Positions 45,392 through 54,928 of a stretch of 64,000 nt of DNA are shown here, piece by piece. The DNA is from a virus: IMG/VR virus record IMGVR_UViG_3300009514_000374, positions 1-64,000 of that record; one strand, written 5' to 3'. The position numbers and the translations under genes were made by a program. Each line of letters begins with the position of its first letter. Within the stretch, counting starts at the first letter, position 1. Below the pieces are notes generated by a model. That model was not told where the DNA came from and did no database searches. It was given only the letters and a program-made list of their open reading frames with translations.

Positions 45392-46477
45392 ATGGGACAT
45401 TTCAGCTACATCTGCAAGCACTGTGACCGTCCGATTCTCGACTCGCAGTCCACCTGGCGCGGGCTCAACGAGTGGATGGCGACGACCGTCGTTCTGATGG
45501 CATCCGGCAGCCGCGTCGTCGGCGAGTACGACGGCTACGGTCGTGTCGGCCGTATAGACGCCAACGAGCAGGCCGACGCCGACGAGGGCGTGTGGACGCA
45601 CAAGGCGTGTTGGGAGCAGGCTGGCAAGCCCGAGCACGAGGCGTACACCGGCCCGAGTGTTGGCTGCCAGCACAGCGGGTACGACGAGAAGGATCTCAGG
45701 CCCGAGCCAGGCAAGCCTTTCGACCAGGCCGCATGGGACGCGGCGTTGCAGGAGCGCGCCGACAAGATCCGAGCCGACCTTGTGCGCAAGGCGTGCGAGA
45801 TGGTGAACGACGGGCACTACAACAACGCGGACAGCGTTCGCCGAACCGAGAAGCCCTGGACCCGTCGCTTCCACGTCTACCATTTCGACGGGCAGTACCA
45901 GATCGACCCGAAGAACCCGGAGCCCGCAGGTTGGGTCTGGTATGACGAGTCGCCTGAGATGGGTGGCTACGCCGATGTTCCAGCGATGCGCGACGACCCC
46001 AAGCATGGGCCTCAGATCCAGTCAGGGGGCACCTGCGAAACCGAGGCGGAAGCCGAGGCCGCGTGCAAGGCCCGGTGGGATGCCTGGATGCAGAGCGACG
46101 AGCTTGCTCAGATGAAGCGCGAGCGTGCGGCCACCTTGCGCAAAAGGAGCCTGGAGCGCGCCAAGGAGTTGCTGATCGAGGGCGAGGATCGCTACGAGGT
46201 GACCGACTACGGCCCCGCTCCGGCACGCTTGGAGGCGCTGCTTGACGAAAAGGAGAAGCTCACCGCCGCCATCGACACCCTGAACGGCGCGCAAGTGGCT
46301 CGCCTCGGTGAGATCAACGACGAGATCGCCAACACCCCGCGTTGGGGTGTCTACGATCGCGCGGATTTCCGTGGCGAGGACGGCGACGAGGACGACCGCT
46401 ACGTCCTCACGGGCGCGACCGAAGACGATGCCAAGGCCCACGCTGCCGATCTGAACCGCATCTGGCGCGGGGCGTGA
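45392..46477 (+). CDS. Hypothetical protein, N-terminal Zn-binding motif
   Basis: MGHFSYICKHC..GEYDGYGRV..HKACW. Confidence 0.75.
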   Translation: MGHFSYICKHCDRPILDSQSTWRGLNEWMATTVVLMASGSRVVGEYDGYGRVGRIDANEQADADEGVWTHKACWEQAGKPEHEAYTGPSVGCQHSGYDEKDLRPEPGKPFDQAAWDAALQERADKIRADLVRKACEMVNDGHYNNADSVRRTEKPWTRRFHVYHFDGQYQIDPKNPEPAGWVWYDESPEMGGYADVPAMRDDPKHGPQIQSGGTCETEAEAEAACKARWDAWMQSDELAQMKRERAATLRKRSLERAKELLIEGEDRYEVTDYGPAPARLEALLDEKEKLTAAIDTLNGAQVARLGEINDEIANTPRWGVYDRADFRGEDGDEDDRYVLTGATEDDAKAHAADLNRIWRGA

Positions 46478-46530
46478 AACGGCGATGTTCCACGGGGAAC
46501 GTCTCGACTCGGCTTGAATGATCCTCACCT

Positions 46531-47208
46531 ATGTCCTTGTTCGCACGAGAGTTTTGGAGGCGCCGCCGCTGGCGGCTCACGAGCCGGTTTCCCTGGCTCG
46601 TGCGGCCGTGGTCGAGCTACAACGGTCGGTACGAGATCGAGCGGGCCGGGAGGGAGTACAGGCTGTGGGATCGCACCGAGCGGGGCCGATGCTTGTGCTC
46701 GGGCTCGTTCGATGCGTGTGCGGCTGCGGCCGAGGCCGATTCGCCGGGGCTGGTGATCTCACCGGACTACCTCGTGTACGACCGGGGGCGCTACGTGTGG
46801 GACAAGGGCAGGAGCAACGTGGCGTGGGCCATCGCGCTCGGGATGCTCAAGATGGTCCTGAGCAGGCCAGAGGTCCATCGTCTCGTGCTTCTCGTGGGTT
46901 TGCCGGGCTCGGGCAAGACGACGTGGCTCGCCGCTCAGGCGGAGTCTGGAGCCGTCTACCTGGACGCCACGAATCTCAGGCGGACCTACCGGACCAAGCT
47001 CGTGAAGCTCGCCCACAAGGCAGGCAAGCCGACCGAGGCCGTCGTGTTCTCCACGCCCTTGGCGGTGTGCGCGGAGCGCAACGCGCTCAGGCCCGTAGAC
47101 AGGCGCATCCCCGACGAGGCCATGGAGAGACTGGCTGGACAGTGGGAGCCCATCGAGGCTGATGAAGCCCTCTCAGGGGTCGTGACGGTCCCCTACGCGG
47201 AAATTTGA
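46531..47208 (+). CDS. P-loop kinase (AAA_33/PNK-like) domain protein
   Basis: LVGLPGSGKTT..LDATN..CAERN..R. Confidence 0.8.
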   Translation: MSLFAREFWRRRRWRLTSRFPWLVRPWSSYNGRYEIERAGREYRLWDRTERGRCLCSGSFDACAAAAEADSPGLVISPDYLVYDRGRYVWDKGRSNVAWAIALGMLKMVLSRPEVHRLVLLVGLPGSGKTTWLAAQAESGAVYLDATNLRRTYRTKLVKLAHKAGKPTEAVVFSTPLAVCAERNALRPVDRRIPDEAMERLAGQWEPIEADEALSGVVTVPYAEI

Positions 47209-47233
47209 CGCCCTTCCGGGCCAGGTGTAGTCC
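47205..47233 (+). promoter_or_regulatory. Sigma70-like promoter facing a non-coding region
   Basis: TTGACG-17nt-TAGTCC. Confidence 0.5.
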
Positions 47234-47587
47234 TCTTGGTCCCCGGTGGGGCGAGTATGTAGGAACGGAAAGCCGAAGCCGGTCACCACAACAAACCAAT
47301 TAGGAGATCCTTAGTAAAAGGATCCTACCTATCACTCACAATCACAATCACTCTGAAAATCACGATCCTCGACCTGATCTTCTACACCTTCATTGTCATC
47401 TATACGGTCCTACTCGTGAAACTCTTGGGAGGCCGGACTCGATCCGACTGTACCCACCCCCTACAACTTGTCGTCTAGCCCCTTGCGGGCTCCGGTTGCT
47501 GGACGGCCAACCGTGAACAACTGAAACCACGCCTGATTGCTGGAATTTCCAGGGATCTGGTAGGGCTCCTATCGCCTGCCTTTAGCG

Positions 47588-48793
47588 ATGGGCTCCCGAC
47601 GATCAGGGTTCGGGGCTAACCGAACCCCTGAGCAAGCCAAGACAGAATTGGCGATCCCCTGCTTCCTCTGCTTGTTGGGAGCGGCTAAGGCTGATTTTGC
47701 CCTGAGTACCATCACCGGCCCTGCACGGGTCGTCACGATTAGGAGAACTGCACTCACCACACGCGCCCTGAGTATCCGGGGACGGCAAGACCTCAATGCT
47801 TTCAAGAAGGTAACGATCAATCGGTTCCAGTGGGACGAGGCTGTACGGCCTGTTCTACAGCAGGAGCAATTCGATCTTCGCTCGCCGATCAACCGCGCCC
47901 TGATGGATCAGGGTTCGGCGAATCAGATCATCGAGTGGATCGGATTGGCCTTGGAGCAGTCGTTCATCGACGCCGGGTACGGACCCACGGCGAGCTTTCC
48001 TGATCCTACCCTGCCATTCGTTCCTACGGACCTGGCGGATTTGGATCTGTGGCTCGATGCCTCGGACTCCGCAACGCTCGTTCTCGATGGAGGGTCCGGG
48101 GTAGAGCGGTGGCTCAACAAGACAACCAACACATTCCATGCCAGCCAGCACGTTCTTGCGGAGCAGCCGACCCTGACAGCGGCGGGCCTCAACGGGCTCG
48201 ACGTGATCGATTTCGATGGGACGGCCGACCATCTCACGTTGCCGCTTCCGGCCGTCAACGACTGGACCCTGTTCGTCGTGGGTAAGTACCTGTTCTCCGG
48301 TCTTTCGGATCGGGGTTCTTGGCTCTCAGCCGCAGGCTTCGATGGCTCGTTCGGCGGTATCGACGCCCGTGTGTTTCAGAACGCGGCAATCACCACTGCG
48401 GGCTTGCTCTACTCGACCGTCGCAGGAGAGGATCGAATCGGAACGTCAGCCCTTGCTGACGATACGTGGGCAATTCTTGAGTACGACGAGAAACTGGATC
48501 ACTCCGGCACGGTTCGCGCGGGTTGGAACGTCGGTTTCGGCGGCAACGATCTGGAAACCATCTACAACGGGAGCACCTTGAACGACGGTTGGGATCCCAC
48601 GCGCCAGCTATTCGGGGAGAGTCCGCCCATCTTGGCGAGCATTGGGCGTTACCTCGGGTCGATCAACGGCGCCACAGACGGCCCCGCCTACCTTCACGGC
48701 TCCGTCGCGGAGCTACTGCTCTACACGCGGGTATTGTCTGAGGACGAGCGCGCCAGCGTGCGTGCGTACCTGCGAGGAAAGTGGGCGCTATGA
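47588..48793 (+). CDS. LamG/concanavalin-like domain protein, probably virion-associated
   Basis: LWLDASD..VERWLNK..QPT..GLNG..IDFDG..GSVAELLLY..LS..YLRGKW. Confidence 0.75.
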   Translation: MGSRRSGFGANRTPEQAKTELAIPCFLCLLGAAKADFALSTITGPARVVTIRRTALTTRALSIRGRQDLNAFKKVTINRFQWDEAVRPVLQQEQFDLRSPINRALMDQGSANQIIEWIGLALEQSFIDAGYGPTASFPDPTLPFVPTDLADLDLWLDASDSATLVLDGGSGVERWLNKTTNTFHASQHVLAEQPTLTAAGLNGLDVIDFDGTADHLTLPLPAVNDWTLFVVGKYLFSGLSDRGSWLSAAGFDGSFGGIDARVFQNAAITTAGLLYSTVAGEDRIGTSALADDTWAILEYDEKLDHSGTVRAGWNVGFGGNDLETIYNGSTLNDGWDPTRQLFGESPPILASIGRYLGSINGATDGPAYLHGSVAELLLYTRVLSEDERASVRAYLRGKWAL

Positions 48794-48993
48794 CCGACGA
48801 GCAAAAAGAGACTCCCCAAAAGGCCGCCGATCCCAAGGATGACCCCGATGTCGTGTGGATGTCCTGTCGCGCGTCCGAGAAATGCCCCGGCAACTACGCC
48901 AAGATCTCGCGCAAGTGGAAAGGCGACAGCGGCGGCGCTGCGGTGCGCTACACCTGCACGACCTGCAAGCGTCCCTTCCACGTTAATTTCTGA
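48790..48993 (+). CDS. Small zinc-finger protein
   Basis: CRASEKC..YTCTTC. Confidence 0.6.
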   Translation: MTDEQKETPQKAADPKDDPDVVWMSCRASEKCPGNYAKISRKWKGDSGGAAVRYTCTTCKRPFHVNF

Positions 48994-49016
48994 CCGCGCT
49001 GGCGTAACGGTCAGAC

Positions 49017-49676
49017 GTGGGAGAGACGCCTTACACGTCCGCGCTTTTGTTCCACGGACCCGGAGCACGCGAAGCTGCGGTCGCCGAGCAACACAACCTC
49101 GGCCGTCCGATCTCGGAGCCCATTGGGGACGAGGGGATCAAGATTGACGATGCGCGTCGGATAATCGACCTGATGGAGATGGCGCCGGTTGGAGATCAAC
49201 CAGGCGTCCTCGTGTTTGGTCCGATCGATCGCGCGCAGCAATCGGCATCCGATGTGTTGCTCAAGGTGGTCGAGGAATTCCATTCGGACGGGGTGCGCCC
49301 GGTTATCTGGGCAACTGACCTCGGCAGCGTCTCCAACACGATCCGTTCTCGATGCTTGCACCGCTGGTGCCCATACGCCGAGCATCCGATCGATGACTCG
49401 GCGGCCCGATCGGCGGCTTCCGTGATCATTAGCGCTGTCTTGCATGGGGATCGGGCGGGCGTGATCAGTGAAACCAAGGATTTCCTCGACGCCTTGCCCG
49501 ACGCAAAGGTTGCGATGTTCGACCTGCTTGCTGGCATCGCCAAGGTGCTTGCGGAACAACCCGACGAATTGAATGGGCCGCGCTACGAGCTTTGGATGCG
49601 AGCCCGCAAGCTGCTGAGCTACAGACACATTTCTCGCCTGGAGTTGACGGCTCGGCTCGTGGAGGCGATCGAGTGA
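49017..49676 (+). CDS. holB: DNA polymerase III delta'-like clamp-loader subunit
   Basis: LLFHGPG..IKIDDAR..LLKVVEE..TIRSRC. Confidence 0.75.
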   Translation: MGETPYTSALLFHGPGAREAAVAEQHNLGRPISEPIGDEGIKIDDARRIIDLMEMAPVGDQPGVLVFGPIDRAQQSASDVLLKVVEEFHSDGVRPVIWATDLGSVSNTIRSRCLHRWCPYAEHPIDDSAARSAASVIISAVLHGDRAGVISETKDFLDALPDAKVAMFDLLAGIAKVLAEQPDELNGPRYELWMRARKLLSYRHISRLELTARLVEAIE

Positions 49677-50668
49677 GCAAATGGCGAAACCCGCCTCCGG
49701 TGACGATCATCGCGGGCACGCAGGATTATCTGCGCAGGAAAGAGCTAGCGGCGGCAAAGGCGGCTGCGGATCAAAGCGGCAGGCGCGTTGAAACGATCGA
49801 CGGAGCGGATCGGGAAGGGCTGCTCAACACCCTGTCGGCCGGTGGCGTGCTGTTTCAGGACAAAGTGCTGCTCGTGATCCGAAACCCTGACAAGCTCGAC
49901 CCCAAGCACATCGTCCCGCACGGGAACGGGACCGACAACGATGTGGCCCTGCTCCTGTACTACGAGGGAGAGATCAAGAAGCGGGGTGCCGTGGCGCGCA
50001 TCTCCGAGCGCATCCCCGACAAATTCTCGATTGATTTCAAAGGGCCAAAGGCGTGGGAGGCCGACGAGTACGCTCAGAAATTCGTCGCCAAAGAAGCCAA
50101 GCGGCTCAAGCTCACGATGCCCGAGACGTTGGCCGCCAATCTCGTGACCATCTGCGGCACGGACCTCGGAGTTTTGGCCTTTGAGATGCAGAAGGTTGCT
50201 GCGCTCGTGCGCTACGAAGGGGAAACGGAGGTCAAAGCCGCGCATCTCCGGCAAACGGTTGCGTCGATCTCGGAGGCCGGCACGATGCCTGTGGTCGAGT
50301 ACCTGGCGCGGCGAAACGCGCCGCGACTCATGCGCGCCCTCGCTTCGATGCGCCGGACCCACGCGAGTGATCCGACGATGAAGGGAATTGCGTTCGTCGG
50401 AAGAAATGTTCTCCAGTGGCTCCAAGCCGCGTCCCTAATTTCTCAGGGAAATTCGGAAGGCGAAATTTCGGCCGGTTTGGGAATTCACCCGTACATCTAC
50501 AAAACTAAAATTGCCCCAACGGCGAAAAAGTGGGGCGAGAAAAATTTGGCGGCCCTACTTTCTTCGCTCGCAGACATTGAAAGAGGGGTTCGGTCTGGTC
50601 ACGTAAATCCTTGGGTGGAATTTGAGTGCGCCCTTTTGAGGGCGTGCAAGCGAGACGGCCGTGGGTAG
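49673..50668 (+). CDS. holA: DNA polymerase III delta-like clamp-loader subunit
   Basis: IIAGTQDYL..LF..GTDLGVLAFEMQK..LGIHPY..LADIERGVRSG. Confidence 0.8.
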   Translation: MSKWRNPPPVTIIAGTQDYLRRKELAAAKAAADQSGRRVETIDGADREGLLNTLSAGGVLFQDKVLLVIRNPDKLDPKHIVPHGNGTDNDVALLLYYEGEIKKRGAVARISERIPDKFSIDFKGPKAWEADEYAQKFVAKEAKRLKLTMPETLAANLVTICGTDLGVLAFEMQKVAALVRYEGETEVKAAHLRQTVASISEAGTMPVVEYLARRNAPRLMRALASMRRTHASDPTMKGIAFVGRNVLQWLQAASLISQGNSEGEISAGLGIHPYIYKTKIAPTAKKWGEKNLAALLSSLADIERGVRSGHVNPWVEFECALLRACKRDGRG

Positions 50669-50786
50669 AGTCCACTCCCCGTCGATAGGCGGCCTATACC
50701 CACGCCTACCATGGCGGCCATCGAGCATCGCTCGACTGCTTCCCCGTCACAACCTGCAACCGTGAAAGACTCGGCCGAGGCTTCCG

Positions 50787-53447
50787 ATGTATCAACCGTC
50801 CGTAGAGGGTTTCAGCGCGAAGGGTTCCCTCCCTTCCACCAGCACCAACCTCCATCCCGAGAAGCCGAAGCTGGCCGCCGTTGACCCTCCGACGTATTCG
50901 TTCGATGAAGCCTCCGAGGCGAGCCTCGCGTATTTCGGTGGTGATCCGTTGGCGGCGAACGTGTGGGTGACCAAGTATGCCTTGCAAGACAAGCAAGGCC
51001 GGTACCTGGAGCGCACACCGACCGATATGCACCATCGCCTCGCCCGTGAATTCGCACGCATCGAGGCTAAGTATCCGAACCCCATGAGCGAGGCGGAGAT
51101 TTTCGATCTACTCGATCGGTTTCGCTACATCGTGCCGCAAGGCTCGCCCATGAGCGGGATCGGAAACACCAACAAGATCCAGTCCATCTCCAATTGCTTT
51201 GTGATCTCGGCGCCGCACGACAGCTACGGCGGCATCCTATGGACCGACCAGGAGCAGGTTCAGATTATGAAGCGCCGTGGCGGCGTGGGAATGGACATCT
51301 CGACCATTCGTCCGCAGGGGCTCCCTACCGCTAACGCCGCGAACACGACCGATGGGATCGGCGTTTTCATGGAGCGGTTTTCCAATTCGTGCCGCGAGGT
51401 TGCACAGGGAGGTCGTCGCGGAGCCCTGATGCTCACGCTGGACGTTCACCACCCCGACATCCGAACCTTCATCACGATCAAAAAGGACAAGATGCGCGTC
51501 ACGGGAGCGAACATCTCTCTGCGCCTGTCCGACGAATTCATGGAGGCGGTCAAAGAGGGTAAGCAAGTTCAGCTTCGCTACCCCGTCGATGCGGCTCCCG
51601 GCGAGTATGACGTGGAGCGGTGGGTCGATGCGAACGAGCTTTGGACCGAAATCATTGAGTCCGCTCACCAGTGCGCCGAGCCCGGCCTTCTGTTTTGGGA
51701 CAACGCCAAAAAGAACACACCCTCGGACCTCTACTCGGCCGAGGGTTTTGGATCGACCAGCACGAATCCGTGCGGTGAGATCATCCTGAGCCCCAACGAT
51801 TCCTGTCGTCTGATGGTCGTTAACCTGTCGAGTTTCGTGCAGGACTCCTTCGGCGAGTCTCCGACATTCGATTGGGCCACCTACGGCGCAGTCGTCCGCA
51901 AAGCCCAACGGCTCATGGACGACATGATCGATCTGGAGATCGAGCAGGTGGACAAGATCCTCGCCAAGATCGCCGACGACCCAGAGCCCGACGAGGTAAA
52001 GCACATCGAGCGTCGCTTGTGGCTCAAGATCCGAGACGCCGCCGAGCGCGGTCGCAGGACGGGTCTCGGCGTAACTGCCGTGGGCGACGCCTGCGCGCAG
52101 ATGAATTTGGTCTACGGGTCAGACGACTCGATCGAATTCATCGAGGACTGTTACCGACACCTTGCCAAGAACAGCTACCAGTCCTCGATCGAGATGGCTG
52201 CTGAGCGCGGCGCCTTCCCCGTGTTTGACATCGCCCGTGAGGCCGACCACCCGTTTCTGGCTCGGGTGTTTGACGAGCTTGACGAAGGCACCCGTGCCGC
52301 CTATCGGCAGTACGGGCGTCGAAACATCGCCAACACGACTACGGCGCCATGCGGTTCCGTGTCGATCCTGACACAGACAACCAGTGGCATTGAGCCTGCC
52401 TACCTGCTCCAATACACCCGTCGCAAGAAGGTCAATCCGAACGACGAGAACGCTCAGGTCGATTTCGTTGACGATCTTGGGGACGAGTGGACGCATTTTC
52501 CTGTGCTTCATCACCAGTTTGCTGAGTGGTGCAAGGTGACGGGCCGTGACGTGGACGAGGTACTCGGCAAGCTCACTCGGACGAAAAAGGTCAACGGCAA
52601 AGATACGCCCGATCCTGATCTCTCAGACGTGGAGCAGAGCCCCTACTGGAAAGCCACGAGCAACGATGTCGATTGGGTTCAAAAGGTGACGCTCCAAGGG
52701 GCGGCACAGCGTTGGATCTGCCACGCCATCTCCAACACGACGAACCTCCCGGCTGACATCGACGTGGAGACGGTCAAGCAGGTCTACGAGAAGGGTCACG
52801 AGGTCGGCTGCAAGGGTGTGACGATCTACGTGCAGGGCTCACGCGACGGCGTGCTCGTGTCTGAGGAAGCCAAGCCCGAGGAATTCGACTACAACAAAGC
52901 ACCGAAGCGCCCCGACAAGCTGGCTTGCGACATTCACCGTTCTCGCGTCAAGGGTGACGACGGCGAGTACGTCGAGTGGATGATTTTCGTGGGTCTGATG
53001 AACGGCAAGCCGTTTGAGGTATTCGGAGGCATCCAGCCCGCCAAGCTCCGCATCCCCAAGAAGGTCAAATCCGGGTGGATTGTGAAGCGGTCGTTCAAGG
53101 ACGGCGGCAAATACGATCTGCACTTTGGCGACGAGGATGACCCGATGGTGATCGAGGATCTACCGGAGACCTTCGACAACCCGACGCAAGGCTCGTTCAC
53201 CCGGATCCTGAGCTACGGGCTTCGCCATGGCGGAGCGCCGCAGTACGCCCACGAGCAGCTTCTCCGTGAGCGAGACAGCGATATGTTCCACTTTGCGAAG
53301 GTGCTCGGTCGCGTGCTCAAGAACTACATCGAGGACGGGACCAAGGCGAGCACGCGGATCTGCAAAGGGTGTGGCGCCGAGGACAGCTTGATCTACCAAG
53401 AGGGCTGTCCAAAGTGCTCCGTCTGCGGCGCGCAAAAGTGCGGCTAG
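50787..53447 (+). CDS. nrdJ: Class II (B12-dependent) ribonucleotide reductase
   Basis: SNCFV, GGGVG, QGGRRGA, TNPCGE, RRTGLG, APCGSVS..TTSGIEP, KGVTIY, C-terminal CxxC pairs; no small subunit nearby. Confidence 0.92.
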   Translation: MYQPSVEGFSAKGSLPSTSTNLHPEKPKLAAVDPPTYSFDEASEASLAYFGGDPLAANVWVTKYALQDKQGRYLERTPTDMHHRLAREFARIEAKYPNPMSEAEIFDLLDRFRYIVPQGSPMSGIGNTNKIQSISNCFVISAPHDSYGGILWTDQEQVQIMKRRGGVGMDISTIRPQGLPTANAANTTDGIGVFMERFSNSCREVAQGGRRGALMLTLDVHHPDIRTFITIKKDKMRVTGANISLRLSDEFMEAVKEGKQVQLRYPVDAAPGEYDVERWVDANELWTEIIESAHQCAEPGLLFWDNAKKNTPSDLYSAEGFGSTSTNPCGEIILSPNDSCRLMVVNLSSFVQDSFGESPTFDWATYGAVVRKAQRLMDDMIDLEIEQVDKILAKIADDPEPDEVKHIERRLWLKIRDAAERGRRTGLGVTAVGDACAQMNLVYGSDDSIEFIEDCYRHLAKNSYQSSIEMAAERGAFPVFDIAREADHPFLARVFDELDEGTRAAYRQYGRRNIANTTTAPCGSVSILTQTTSGIEPAYLLQYTRRKKVNPNDENAQVDFVDDLGDEWTHFPVLHHQFAEWCKVTGRDVDEVLGKLTRTKKVNGKDTPDPDLSDVEQSPYWKATSNDVDWVQKVTLQGAAQRWICHAISNTTNLPADIDVETVKQVYEKGHEVGCKGVTIYVQGSRDGVLVSEEAKPEEFDYNKAPKRPDKLACDIHRSRVKGDDGEYVEWMIFVGLMNGKPFEVFGGIQPAKLRIPKKVKSGWIVKRSFKDGGKYDLHFGDEDDPMVIEDLPETFDNPTQGSFTRILSYGLRHGGAPQYAHEQLLRERDSDMFHFAKVLGRVLKNYIEDGTKASTRICKGCGAEDSLIYQEGCPKCSVCGAQKCG

Positions 53448-53463
53448 GCGGTAGGGTAGTCGC

Positions 53464-53997
53464 ATGGCCGACTACCCTGTGAAATGGAAGCACGGCGACC
53501 CTCCTACCAAGGCGCTCGTTCGATCTGAGGCCCCTTCGATCCGTGACTACATGGATCAGGGGGTTGCTGGCGACACGACGATCGCTCGGATTATCGGGCA
53601 GTTGTACCGGGCCACGCTGGACGGGAAGATCAGTTGGTTCCGTGACGCCGAGTATTTCGCCGTCACCTACTTTCCGATGCTCGCCGTGACGTTCCGGCTC
53701 CAGGTGTCGGGGTCCATTTCGTCTTTCGGGAATGTGATCGCATCCACTCCGAGCGGGAAGGGCACGGATCCAACACGGGCGCAGCATCTCACCATCGCCT
53801 TCATGGACAACAAGGAGTACAAGTGCCTCCCGGCGAGCTACCCGACGCTCCACCAGCTTACTGAGCTTGTGTGGAGCACGTTTGAGCGCCCCTATGTCCG
53901 TGACCGCAACGAGCGTCTGGAATGGCTCGACAAGGCGCTCAGGGTGTTCCTGCCGCACGTTGTTTCGTCCAGCGTCGAGCCCGAAGATCAGACGTAG
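53464..53997 (+). CDS. Hypothetical protein
   Basis: ORF. Confidence 0.6.
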   Translation: MADYPVKWKHGDPPTKALVRSEAPSIRDYMDQGVAGDTTIARIIGQLYRATLDGKISWFRDAEYFAVTYFPMLAVTFRLQVSGSISSFGNVIASTPSGKGTDPTRAQHLTIAFMDNKEYKCLPASYPTLHQLTELVWSTFERPYVRDRNERLEWLDKALRVFLPHVVSSSVEPEDQT

Positions 53998-54140
53998 AGA
54001 TCGATCTTGAAATCGACGTTGGGATCGTGCTCGGGCTTTGGCTCAGCAGGCTTCTTGACCGGCACCGGCTGCCGCACCAGCGGCAGGGGCAGAACGGGCT
54101 GCTCCTGCTTGCGTGGCGGGGGGTGGCGGAAGATCACCAT
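53988..54140 (-). CDS. 50-aa Pro-rich hypothetical protein
   Basis: Manual translation MVIFRHPPPRKQEQPVLPLPLVRQPVPVKKPAEPKPEHDPNVDFKIDLYV. Confidence 0.45.
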   Translation of the reverse strand: MVIFRHPPPRKQEQPVLPLPLVRQPVPVKKPAEPKPEHDPNVDFKIDLYV

Positions 54141-54176
54141 AAGCTAAGCGTAGGTCGTGCGTCGAGCGCGTCAACC

Positions 54177-54443
54177 TTAGCGGTCGTCGTTGGGATCGCG
54201 GCCCTCGGCGATGGCGATCCAGTAGTCGTTGGGGACATCCTCACCGTTGATCACTTCGCCGCCCCACTGGAGCAGCAGGTCCATTTCCACGGCGTCTCCG
54301 CCGTGATAGTCGTGGTTTGGGTCTTGGGCCGCCGCGACCATCGCCTCACCGGCCGCTTCGTACACGGCCTCCATGCAGGCGATACGATCTTGCTCGGCTT
54401 CGTAGCGATTGAGGGCGGCCAGGTTTCCGTCGAGGGCTTTCAT
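54177..54443 (-). CDS. Acidic hypothetical protein
   Basis: ORF directly downstream of motif copy. Confidence 0.65.
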   Translation of the reverse strand: MKALDGNLAALNRYEAEQDRIACMEAVYEAAGEAMVAAAQDPNHDYHGGDAVEMDLLLQWGGEVINGEDVPNDYWIAIAEGRDPNDDR

Positions 54444-54450
54444 GTACCGT

Positions 54451-54478
54451 TAACGACGCGACCGCGCACAACGAAACC
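54451..54478 (-). promoter_or_regulatory. GGTTTC-N17-CGT motif
   Basis: GGTTTC-gttgtgcgcggtcgcgt-CGTTA. Confidence 0.75.
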
Positions 54479-54531
54479 TGCGAGGTCGCGGCATTTCGGC
54501 CACGACCTCGCAGGATGTCTTGGAACTCGGC

Positions 54532-54858
54532 TTACGCCAGGATCTCAACGCCGTCTTGGTCGCCGCCGATAAGGCCAGGCGTGCCGTTGAGCGGCGGGAA
54601 AAACAGCGTGTCGTCGGCAAAGTCGCGCTCGGCCCCACCCGCGATTCGGCGCGTCGGGCGGATCACGTAGCGGTCGCAATCCCAACCTTCGCGGGAGACG
54701 CCTTCGACCACGCCCTCGATGAAGCACGCTCGCTCGCCCTCCAGGTCGCGGTTGTACGGAGCAAAATCGAAGGATCGGACGCGAGCGCCGACCTCGATGA
54801 CGTTGCCGTGGCGGTCGTGGGTGATGGGCAGGTCGTTCAGGATTTCGGGCTGGTTCAC
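54532..54858 (-). CDS. Hypothetical protein
   Basis: GGAGG RBS, GTG start. Confidence 0.65.
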   Translation of the reverse strand: MNQPEILNDLPITHDRHGNVIEVGARVRSFDFAPYNRDLEGERACFIEGVVEGVSREGWDCDRYVIRPTRRIAGGAERDFADDTLFFPPLNGTPGLIGGDQDGVEILA

Positions 54859-54879
54859 GGTTCGTTTCCTCCACACTCT

Positions 54880-54907
54880 TAACGACACGACGGCGTTCCG
54901 CGAAACC
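54880..54907 (-). promoter_or_regulatory. GGTTTC-N17-CGT motif
   Basis: GGTTTC-gcggaacgccgtcgtgt-CGTTA. Confidence 0.75.
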
Positions 54908-54928
54908 CTCCGGGGGGTACTGTAATTC

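Noticed and set aside
47240-47560. tmRNA, RNase P or c-di-GMP riboswitch
   Set aside because: No T-arm/CCA end or diagnostic conserved motifs recognised.
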